This document shows, in pieces, positions 56,187-64,000 of a stretch of 64,000 bases of DNA. The stretch is from positions 66,755 to 130,754 of the forward strand of contig JBEKRC010000002.1 in the NCBI GenBank assembly GCA_049997875.1, given 5' to 3'. Position numbers and translations under genes: made by a program. Source of the stretch: Minisyncoccia bacterium (GTDB taxonomy: Bacteria; Patescibacteriota; Minisyncoccia; UBA6257; 2-01-FULL-56-20). Below the pieces are notes generated by a model. It ran no database searches, was not told the DNA's origin, and was given only the letters and a program-made list of their open reading frames with translations. The first letter of the stretch is position 1, and every line of letters begins with the position of its first letter.

Positions 56187-58649
56187 CTATTTCCGCTTCA
56201 GCTGCTTCTCCTTCTTTGCGATTGCAACGGTCGTGCGGACGACGGTGTCGGGGTTTAGCGACATACTTTCAATGCCCTTCGTGACGAGAAACTCGGCAAA
56301 GTCGGGATAGTCGGACGGCCCCTGGCCGCATATGCCGATGTATTTCTTGCGGGCTCGGCACTTTGCGATGATCTCTGCGATCAGGCGTTCCACGGCTGGA
56401 TTCTTTTCGTTTGCGATCTTCGTCACAATGCCGGAGTCGCGGTCAAGACCCATCGTGAGCTGCGTGAGATCGTTGGAGCCGATGGACATGCCGTCAAAAA
56501 TGTCCAAGAACGCATCGGCACTCAAGACGTTGGACGGGATCTCGCACATCACGTAGATAGGCGTCACGGTTTTGCCCTTGGCGCTCCGCGCACCGTGCCT
56601 ACTTTTGTTGCCCCGCCGCAACGCATACCTGGTGTAAAGCCCTGCTTCGGCCATTGCCTCCTGCACTTTCATCCCCTCCTCCGCGGTGCGGCAGAAGGGC
56701 ACCATCGGGATCACATTCATGAGTCCCATCTCCTCGCGCACTTTCTTCACGGCCGCTGCTTCAAGCATGAACGCGGGTTTGAACTTCGGATCGTAATACC
56801 GCGAGGCGCCGCGCCAGCCGATCATGGGATTCTCTTCGTGCGGCTCGTACATTTCACCGCCGAGCAAGGTGCGGTACTCGTTCGTTTTGAAATCCGAAAA
56901 ACGGACGATCGCGGGATGCGGATGGAATGCAACGCCGATTTTTGCAATGCCAAAAGCAAGATTGTCAATATAGTATTTCTTCGCGTTCTTCCAACCGCGC
57001 ATCTTCGCGAGGATCGCACGGCGCACCGAGGGCGTTTGTTTGGAAAGGTTCAAAAGCGCCATCGGGTGCAGGCCCATTTGGGACGCGATGATGAACTCCT
57101 CGCGTGCAAGGCCCACGCCGCGGTTCGGTAAGAATGAAACCTCAAACGCGCTGTCGGGGATCGCCACGTTGATCATGATGTGTGTCTTGGGCCGCGGTAT
57201 CTTCTTCAGATCGTGCTCCACCACTTTGAACTTCAAAAATCCTCGATAGATGTTACCCGCGCTGCCGGTCGTGTCCACGGTAATGGGGTCGCCGGTCTTG
57301 ATAATCTTCGTCGCTTTTTCCGTACCTACGATCGCGGGAATTCCCAATTCGCGCGAAACGATCGCGGCGTGCGAGGTGCGGCCACCCTTATCCGTCACGA
57401 TCGCGGAGGCAATTTTCATGATCGGTTCCCAGTCGGGGTCGGTCATCGTGGTCACGAGTACTTCACCTTTTTTGAAATCGCCGATATGCTTCGCGTCCAT
57501 TATTACGCGCGCTTTGCCCACGCCGATCTTGGATCCTACCGAAGCACCCATAAGAATCGGCTCGCGGTGCTCAAGCGGGATGTATTCTTTCACTTTTGAA
57601 AAGTCCTGGCCGGCATGGATGGTCTCCGGACGCGCCTGCACGATGAAAAGCTCGCCCGTGATGCCGTCCTTCGCCCATTCCATGTCCATCGGCGTCCACT
57701 TTTTGTAGTGGTCGGTGTAGTGCTTTTCAATGATCGCGCCCCATTTCGCAAGTCGCGCCACCTCGCGGTCGGTGAGTACGAACGAGGTGCGTTCCGCTGG
57801 TGTTGTTGGAACGATTTTGGCCTGCTCCAGGCGACGCTCGTGGTGATAGACCATCTTCCGCAATTTCACGCCAAGCTTCTTTTCAATGATGGGATGCTTG
57901 ACGCCCCGCTGAAGACCCTCTTTCCAAACGATGAATTCGTCCGGCGTCACCTCGCCCTTCACGATCATTTCGCCAAGGCCCCATGAACCGTTGATCAAAA
58001 CAATATTGCGGAAGCCGGATTCGGTGTCCAGCGTGAACATCACGCCCGAGCACGCGCGATCGGAGCGCACCATTTTCTGCACGCCGGCCGACAAGGCAAT
58101 CTTTAGATGATCAAAGCCGCGATCCTGCCGGTAAGAAATCGCACGGTCCGTGAAGAGCGACGCCATTGTGGCACGCACGGCCTTCAAAACCTCCGCCGGC
58201 CCCCGAATGCCCAAATAGCTCTCCTGCTCGCCCGCAAATGATGCGCCAGGCAGGTCCTCCGCGGTCGCCGACGACCGCACCGCAACGTCCGTATTTTTGC
58301 CGTAGCGCTTTTCAAGTTCGCGATAGCCATTTACGATCTCCGCTGCAAGGTCGCTCGGAAGCTCCGTGCGCATAAAGGCATCGCGCACCATTTTGGCGCG
58401 GCGCTGGAGATCTTTCAGGTTTTTCGTGTTAAGACCCTTTAATGTCGTTTTAATAAACGTGCCAAGACCCGTTTTTTCCAAAAAGTAAAAATAGGCCGAC
58501 GCCGTGACTACGAATCCCGACGGTACTGGCACGCCTTTCGCCCCGAGCGTCCGGATCATTTCGCCGAGCGACGCGTTCTTCCCGCCGACCATGCCGACGT
58601 CCTTGATCCCGACCTCCTCGTACTTCAAAATATGTTTTTGTGATTTCAT
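56187..58649 (-). CDS. ppsA: Phosphoenolpyruvate synthase (pyruvate,water dikinase)
   Basis: VGGKNASLGEM, VAVRSSATAED, GGRTSHAAI, SIGSNDLTQ; start moved to the second ATG because TATAAT lies only 2 nt from the first. Confidence 0.96.
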   Translation of the reverse strand: MKSQKHILKYEEVGIKDVGMVGGKNASLGEMIRTLGAKGVPVPSGFVVTASAYFYFLEKTGLGTFIKTTLKGLNTKNLKDLQRRAKMVRDAFMRTELPSDLAAEIVNGYRELEKRYGKNTDVAVRSSATAEDLPGASFAGEQESYLGIRGPAEVLKAVRATMASLFTDRAISYRQDRGFDHLKIALSAGVQKMVRSDRACSGVMFTLDTESGFRNIVLINGSWGLGEMIVKGEVTPDEFIVWKEGLQRGVKHPIIEKKLGVKLRKMVYHHERRLEQAKIVPTTPAERTSFVLTDREVARLAKWGAIIEKHYTDHYKKWTPMDMEWAKDGITGELFIVQARPETIHAGQDFSKVKEYIPLEHREPILMGASVGSKIGVGKARVIMDAKHIGDFKKGEVLVTTMTDPDWEPIMKIASAIVTDKGGRTSHAAIVSRELGIPAIVGTEKATKIIKTGDPITVDTTGSAGNIYRGFLKFKVVEHDLKKIPRPKTHIMINVAIPDSAFEVSFLPNRGVGLAREEFIIASQMGLHPMALLNLSKQTPSVRRAILAKMRGWKNAKKYYIDNLAFGIAKIGVAFHPHPAIVRFSDFKTNEYRTLLGGEMYEPHEENPMIGWRGASRYYDPKFKPAFMLEAAAVKKVREEMGLMNVIPMVPFCRTAEEGMKVQEAMAEAGLYTRYALRRGNKSRHGARSAKGKTVTPIYVMCEIPSNVLSADAFLDIFDGMSIGSNDLTQLTMGLDRDSGIVTKIANEKNPAVERLIAEIIAKCRARKKYIGICGQGPSDYPDFAEFLVTKGIESMSLNPDTVVRTTVAIAKKEKQLKRK

Positions 58650-58715
58650 GTTTGTACCTTTCATTTATTATACACTAAAAACCCGAGAGCGGGGTTTTCC
58701 CACTGTCCCGCGCCA

Positions 58716-60245
58716 CTACTCGTATTCAATGGTGGCGGGCGGTTTCTGCGTAATGTCGTAAAGCACGCGATTCACGCCTCGCACCTCGCCCACGATGCGG
58801 CTTGAGACGCGTTCCATAAGCTTCGGCGGGATTTTATGCCAATCAGCCGTCATGCCATCCACAGAATCAACGGCGCGGAGCGAGATCATATATTCGTACG
58901 TTCTCTCATCACCCATCACGCCGACGCTCCGTATCGGAAGCAGTACCGCAAACGCCTGCCAGATCTTTTCGTATTCCTTCGATCGCTTAAGCTCTTCCGT
59001 AAAAATGGCGTCTGCCTCGCGAAGGATGGCAAGCCGCTCGGGCGTGACTTCGCCCACAATCCTTATGGCAAGTCCGGGACCAGGAAATGGATGCCGCCAG
59101 AGAAGCTCTTTGGGCAACCCCAGCAAGCGGCCCAGCGCCCTCACTTCGTCTTTATAAAACTCCCGAAGCGGTTCAAGGATCTTGAGATGCATCCTTGCGG
59201 GCAGCGTCAGATTGTGATGGCTTTTTATCTTTGAAGCGTGCTTGGTGGGCTCCGCCGATTCAATACGGTCCGGATATATGGTTCCTTGTGCCAGAAATTT
59301 GATCGGATATCGCGCGAGCTCCCGCTTGACGGCGGTTTCAAAAACTTCAATGAAGGCATGGCCGATGATCTTCCTCTTTTCTTCGGGATCAATCTTGCCT
59401 TTTAATCGGTTGAGGAAAATATTTTGCGCGCTTGCCACATGAAGATTTTTGAATCCCTGCTTGCGGAGGGTTCGCGCAACGGCCACTACCTCGTCCTTCC
59501 GCAGCAAACCGGTGTCCACAAAGATCGCATGCAGCTGGGAACCGATGGCACGGTAGAGAAGGGTTGCCGAAACGAGCGAATCCACGCCGCCCGATATGCC
59601 GATGGCGACATGGTCACTCCCCACGAGTTCGCGGAGCGAATGCTGAAGCGCAGACGCCACCGTGCCGATTTTCCAGTCCTTTGGCGCTTTGCATATGCGG
59701 AAAAGAAAATTGGAAAGTATTTGCCTGCCGTGTTGCGTGTGAGTCACTTCGGGATGGAATTGGATAGCAAAAAGTTTCTTTGCGTTATTCGCCATGCCCG
59801 CGTAGCGGCAGCCCGGTGTCGCGGCAACGGGAACAAAGCCGCGTGGCAGTCGTGCGACCTGATCGCCGTGCGAGAACCAGACTAATTCTTTCTTTTCCAA
59901 ACCGGTAAATAACGGGCTGTGAAATGTGGTCACAATTTCTTTTCCGTATTCCCGCCGTTTGCCTTTTGCCACCCGGCCGCCTAACATGTGCGCCATCACC
60001 TGCTCGCCGTAGCAGATACCGAGCACGGGAATCCCCAAATCAAAAACGCCCTTCGCGGGGCGCGGACTTCCTTTTGCAAGCACCGATGCCGGACTGCCGG
60101 ACAGGATGATGCCGCTCGGATTAAGCGACCGTATCTGCGCAAGCGATGCGTTGAACGGCAATATCTCCGCTTTCACGCCGAGCTCGCGGACCCGCCGCGC
60201 GATGAGATGGGCAAACTGGCTGCCGAAATTAAGAACGATGATCAT
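58716..60245 (-). CDS. guaA: GMP synthase (glutamine-hydrolysing)
   Basis: GICYG, QFHPEV, SGGVDS, KIKSHHN, KPPATIEYE. Confidence 0.97.
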   Translation of the reverse strand: MIIVLNFGSQFAHLIARRVRELGVKAEILPFNASLAQIRSLNPSGIILSGSPASVLAKGSPRPAKGVFDLGIPVLGICYGEQVMAHMLGGRVAKGKRREYGKEIVTTFHSPLFTGLEKKELVWFSHGDQVARLPRGFVPVAATPGCRYAGMANNAKKLFAIQFHPEVTHTQHGRQILSNFLFRICKAPKDWKIGTVASALQHSLRELVGSDHVAIGISGGVDSLVSATLLYRAIGSQLHAIFVDTGLLRKDEVVAVARTLRKQGFKNLHVASAQNIFLNRLKGKIDPEEKRKIIGHAFIEVFETAVKRELARYPIKFLAQGTIYPDRIESAEPTKHASKIKSHHNLTLPARMHLKILEPLREFYKDEVRALGRLLGLPKELLWRHPFPGPGLAIRIVGEVTPERLAILREADAIFTEELKRSKEYEKIWQAFAVLLPIRSVGVMGDERTYEYMISLRAVDSVDGMTADWHKIPPKLMERVSSRIVGEVRGVNRVLYDITQKPPATIEYE

Positions 60246-60248
60246 AAT

Positions 60249-61535
60249 TTATGTTTTCAGCGCAATTACAAGGTCCGATACATTTGAGCCGGTGTCGCCG
60301 GTCGTGAGATAATTGCCGATCTTTTCAAAAAGACCATAGGTGTCATTGTTGGCAAGGAATTGTTCAGGGTCAACGCCGGCGTCCGCGATCGCCTTTTTGG
60401 TAATGGTATCACAAATTGCGCCGGCGAAAGGACCATGATCGCGGCCGTCCGAAGCGAGAGAAAGAATTTCCTCGCCGGCGCGTATGAAGCGGAGCGCGGA
60501 AGCCACGAGTTCAAGGTTTCGCCCGCCGCTTCCCGTCCCGCGGACGGTGACGGTGGTCTCGCCGCCCCAGAGAAGCACTGATTTTGCGGGTGCCGCATGA
60601 AGGGTTTCTGCGATAGTCCGGCCCGCTTCCGATGCCTCTCCGGTCAGTTCGCTCCCGCGGATCTCCGCGCGGAAACCGAGTTTCTCCGCGGCTACGCACA
60701 TCGCGCGAAGCGCACGGACATTGGACACGGCAAGGATATTGGTAACCCGTGCGAAATATTTGTCTTCCTTCGGCGTTTCAGTAAGTTTGGCGGCGAATTT
60801 GAACACGTTAAATTTTGCAAGCGCCTTTTCCGCATCCTCAATCGTCGTCGCGTCCTTTATGGTCGGGCCGGAAGCGATGGACGAAATGTCATTTCCAGGT
60901 ACGTCACTGAAAACGAGAGAGATGACGCGAGCGGGATATGCATATTTTGCAAGATAGCCGCCGCGCGCAAGCGACAGATGCTTCCGCACCACGTTCATTT
61001 CTTGGATGGTCGCGCCGGCGTTCGTAAGCGCTTTGAAAATATCAATCTCACTTCGGTCGGTTTTGTCTTGCGGCAAAAAAAGCAGCGTGGAACCGCCGCC
61101 GGAGATTACGAAAATGACAAGGTCGCGTTCGGTGAGTCTTGCAAGTGTCTGAACGATCGCTTCTGCAGCGCGAAGATTTTCATCCGAAGGCAAGGGATGG
61201 GTGCCGCAGAACGTTTTGAGCCGCGAGGAGGGCGGGGCAGAGGCCGGGCGGGTCTTCACATCCAAGACAACGCCGCGGGCGATCCGATCGCCGAGTACTT
61301 CTTCAGCTACGAGCGAAGTTTCTACCGCGCACTTGCCAACAGCGATAAACACAAGATGCTCGATCTCTCTGAGATCAATTGTTTCGCTTCCCGCCACGAG
61401 TGTTTCGCCGTCAACTCGCAGCATTTCTCGCATCACCCGTGTCGTATCAATCGCCGTGAGGCTAGCATCCGCGATCGTAAGCAGCGCCCGCCGCGCATCG
61501 GAAACCGCGAGTTGTTCAAAATTTTGTATCTTCAA
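60249..61535 (-). CDS. Glycerate 2-kinase (MOFRL family)
   Basis: VGK, HPLP, ISGGGS, SDVPG, IASGPT, GGETTV, GGRN, TGSNVSD. Confidence 0.9.
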   Translation of the reverse strand: MKIQNFEQLAVSDARRALLTIADASLTAIDTTRVMREMLRVDGETLVAGSETIDLREIEHLVFIAVGKCAVETSLVAEEVLGDRIARGVVLDVKTRPASAPPSSRLKTFCGTHPLPSDENLRAAEAIVQTLARLTERDLVIFVISGGGSTLLFLPQDKTDRSEIDIFKALTNAGATIQEMNVVRKHLSLARGGYLAKYAYPARVISLVFSDVPGNDISSIASGPTIKDATTIEDAEKALAKFNVFKFAAKLTETPKEDKYFARVTNILAVSNVRALRAMCVAAEKLGFRAEIRGSELTGEASEAGRTIAETLHAAPAKSVLLWGGETTVTVRGTGSGGRNLELVASALRFIRAGEEILSLASDGRDHGPFAGAICDTITKKAIADAGVDPEQFLANNDTYGLFEKIGNYLTTGDTGSNVSDLVIALKT

Positions 61536-61550
61536 GATGTTTCCATTATA

Positions 61551-62501
61551 TCACTTCCCGCCGTTCTCCGGCGTCGTTTGTTTTTCCTTCACGGCTTTCA
61601 ACATCCCATTCTCGGAGAAGATCTCTACCGTGCCGTCCAAGTCAGTGCGGAAGACCTGTGCATACGTTGACGATGCAAGCCGTGAGAGCGCCTCCTTTGA
61701 GGGGTGGCCGTAAACGTTTTTCGCCCCGACGCCGATCACGGCCGCTTTCGGGTCCACGGTGCGCAGGAACGCGCTCCCCGACGCATATTTTGAGCCATGG
61801 TGGGCAACCTTCAGGATGTCCGCCCGCACGTCAACGCCATTTTTTAGAAGATAATTCTCCACACTAAAAGGAGCGTCGCCGGTGAGGAGGGTCCGAAATG
61901 CATCCGTGCCTCCCGGATCCGCACGCACGAGCTCCACCAAACTGGTATCGTTCGTTTCCGCACTTTGAGCGAACGCGCCATCCGGAGAAAGTATGTCAAT
62001 CACGTTTGTCCCGCAATGAATGCGGTCCCCCGCCCCGAGCGTGACGAGTGGAATACGTTTTGCATCTATCTTCTCCATAAGCTGCTGCCAGGCGTCGCTT
62101 GCGCCATCACGGCCGTTATAAATGAACGCACCAATCTCATAGCGGTCCAGAATATCCAGATAACCGGCGAAATGGTCAGAATCCGGATGCGAAATGATTG
62201 CAATGTCTATATACCGGTCATTCTGCGGCAGCACCTTCTCCAGTGCGTCAATCACGGCGCTCGTCTGTCCCGCCTTCGGACCGGCATCGGTCATTATTTT
62301 TGCGCCGCTGGGAAAAACAACAAGCTCGCTGTCGCCCTGCCCGACGTCCAAAAAATACTCATGCGTGGAGGCGGAGGTTGGAGCGACGCCGCTCGCGGAA
62401 AAAATAAGCAGCCAAAGGTAGCCATCCACGGCGACGAGCGACGTCAGGATGATGAGCACGAGCGTATCAAACTTCTTGAGTGCGGCGACGAGCGCGGCCA
62501 T
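61551..62501 (-). CDS. ComEC/Rec2-type metallo-beta-lactamase domain protein
   Basis: LDVGQGDS, SHPDSDH, LTGD, KVAHHGS, YGHP, RTDLDG. Confidence 0.92.
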   Translation of the reverse strand: MAALVAALKKFDTLVLIILTSLVAVDGYLWLLIFSASGVAPTSASTHEYFLDVGQGDSELVVFPSGAKIMTDAGPKAGQTSAVIDALEKVLPQNDRYIDIAIISHPDSDHFAGYLDILDRYEIGAFIYNGRDGASDAWQQLMEKIDAKRIPLVTLGAGDRIHCGTNVIDILSPDGAFAQSAETNDTSLVELVRADPGGTDAFRTLLTGDAPFSVENYLLKNGVDVRADILKVAHHGSKYASGSAFLRTVDPKAAVIGVGAKNVYGHPSKEALSRLASSTYAQVFRTDLDGTVEIFSENGMLKAVKEKQTTPENGGK

Positions 62502-63903
62502 AGGAAAATATAAAAATCGCGATAATAAGGTAATAGAGCGCGATCGCGAACGCGGAATTGAGCGGCAAGGGCACCGGGACCGCGAGCGCGGCGAAAAGCC
62601 GCATTACGAAGAGCTGGTAGGCAAGGATGAGTCCCACAAGCTTTGCAGCGAAGAAGATAAGATGATGTGAGACAAAGCCGAGCAGGGCAAAGAGCGCGCC
62701 GAAAAACATTGTGAGCGGCACGGTGGAAAGAATGAGAATATTTGCCAGAATCGCCACAAGCGAAAAGCGTCCGAAACTATTAATAAGCACGGGCATGACC
62801 ATGAGCTGTGCGGAGAGCGTCGTCGCAGCATTTTCCTTCCAATCAAAGAGGCTGCCGTCCGAGTCCTCGCGGTAGCGCAGCAATCTTTTGAGCGGCGGGC
62901 CGAGATAGACGATGCCGGCCAAACTTAAAAAGGAGAGTATGAAGCCGACGTTTCCCGTGAGCACCGAGGGATCCAAAAGCGCCATGAAAGCGGCGGTGAA
63001 AACGATCGCGTTCCGCATGCTGTATTCCTCCCCCATCTCTCGCGCGACAAGGGCGAGAAATCCCATAATCGCTGCGCGCACTGCCGACGCCTGCAGGCCC
63101 ACCATGAACATGAAAAGCACAAGCGCGACGACCGCCGCGAAAAACGTCGCGCGCCGCGAGAAAAACCGTTTGAAAAGATCCCGCGCGGCGACGATTACGA
63201 TCGTGATGTTGTATCCCGACACCGCAACAAGGTGCGTCGTGCCCGAGAGCGCCATCGCGTCTTTCAATTCCTTCTTAAAGTACACTTTGGAACCGAACGC
63301 GATCCCGCCCAAAAGCGCTGCCTGATCCTCGGGCAACACTTCGCGGTATTTCGCGAGGATCGCGAGCTTCAGCTCAAGCATCCGCTCGCGCAGCCAAAAG
63401 CCGCGATGTGTGGCGAGTACGGCTATGTTTTTCGGCGAGAATACTACCGGATCGCTGCCTGCCGCTTCCGATGGCACGATCGTTCCCGTGACGGAGAGAA
63501 TCTCGCCATACGGAAAATCACTTTCGGGCGGCGCCATGATCTTCACCGTGCCCGCATAGGGCGGCTCCGCCTCCGCGGTGACGATAAGAAATTTCTCGGA
63601 CGGCTGCGGTTCGTCCGAAACGAAGGCTTGGAACGTAGTGAGCGTCTCGAACGGCAATTTCATTTTCGCCTCCTCCAGGCGAAAGAAAAAATGATAATAA
63701 AGCGCTCCCAAAACAGCCGCACAGAGAAAGATCGCGCACTCTTTCCAAAGCTGCCGCTTATACAATATCGCCGCGACGCCGCCCAAGAGCGTGGCAGCAA
63801 AGAAAATAAAGAAATGCCAGCCAACGCCCGCCACGAAAATCCCCGCAAGAAAAAGCAGCGCGATGCCGAACGCCATGTCCGCCGGGTGGAGAGAAAACGT
63901 CAT
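62467..63903 (-). CDS. comEC: ComEC competence membrane channel domain
   Basis: SGTTHLVAVSGYNI, SAVRAAIM, GFILSF. Confidence 0.92.
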   Translation of the reverse strand: MTFSLHPADMAFGIALLFLAGIFVAGVGWHFFIFFAATLLGGVAAILYKRQLWKECAIFLCAAVLGALYYHFFFRLEEAKMKLPFETLTTFQAFVSDEPQPSEKFLIVTAEAEPPYAGTVKIMAPPESDFPYGEILSVTGTIVPSEAAGSDPVVFSPKNIAVLATHRGFWLRERMLELKLAILAKYREVLPEDQAALLGGIAFGSKVYFKKELKDAMALSGTTHLVAVSGYNITIVIVAARDLFKRFFSRRATFFAAVVALVLFMFMVGLQASAVRAAIMGFLALVAREMGEEYSMRNAIVFTAAFMALLDPSVLTGNVGFILSFLSLAGIVYLGPPLKRLLRYREDSDGSLFDWKENAATTLSAQLMVMPVLINSFGRFSLVAILANILILSTVPLTMFFGALFALLGFVSHHLIFFAAKLVGLILAYQLFVMRLFAALAVPVPLPLNSAFAIALYYLIIAIFIFSYGRARRRTQEV

Positions 63904-64000
63904 CCCCGCATTGTAGGACGACGGGGATTAAATCAGGATTAACAGGATTAAACGGTATTTATACCACCTCCGCCTGATAGCACTGTTCGCAGTAGATGAT

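Noticed and set aside
61551-63903. Split comEC as a novelty
   Set aside because: Separate membrane and MBL-domain genes are a common arrangement
1-64000. Alternative genetic code (UGA=Gly)
   Set aside because: Conserved genes are full length under code 11 and several end in TGA

Overview
Bacterial chromosome segment (genetic code 11) whose gene families and compact layout point to a Patescibacteria/CPR (Parcubacteria-like) organism. The taxonomic call is an inference. From left to right it holds: the 5' part of a class I fructose-bisphosphate aldolase, tRNA-Gln(UUG), sodA, and a ~10 kb cell-surface operon (giant Thr/Gly-rich protein, small paralog, DUF916-like protein, FN3-dockerin, two cohesin proteins). 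Housekeeping genes follow (fmt, def, thpR, S41 protease, rplI, rpmA, typA, murC, two M23 peptidases, gltX, murG, ftsW), interspersed with single accessory genes. A ~24 kb fermentation/Fe-S block comes next (eno, two-subunit group 3b-like NiFe hydrogenase, 2-oxoacid:ferredoxin oxidoreductase, ADP-forming acetyl-CoA synthetase, ferredoxin and reductase, Nif/Isc-type Fe-S genes, ppsA, glycerate 2-kinase), along with guaA and a split comEC. The most striking unexplained signal is at 50476-50700: a 68-nt tRNA-like RNA with full alanine identity (G3.U70, A73) but a shrunken D-arm and a 9-nt non-Ala anticodon loop. A predicted ~70-nt small RNA is transcribed divergently from it, with a 5' end perfectly complementary to that loop, and the pair sits next to a membrane-anchored Mrr-like nuclease. 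Many core genes look leaderless (-10 box 6-9 nt before the start), whereas accessory genes carry full -35/-10 promoters and Shine-Dalgarno sites. No CRISPR array, rRNA or intact transposase/integrase was seen. All calls are by eye, without database searches.
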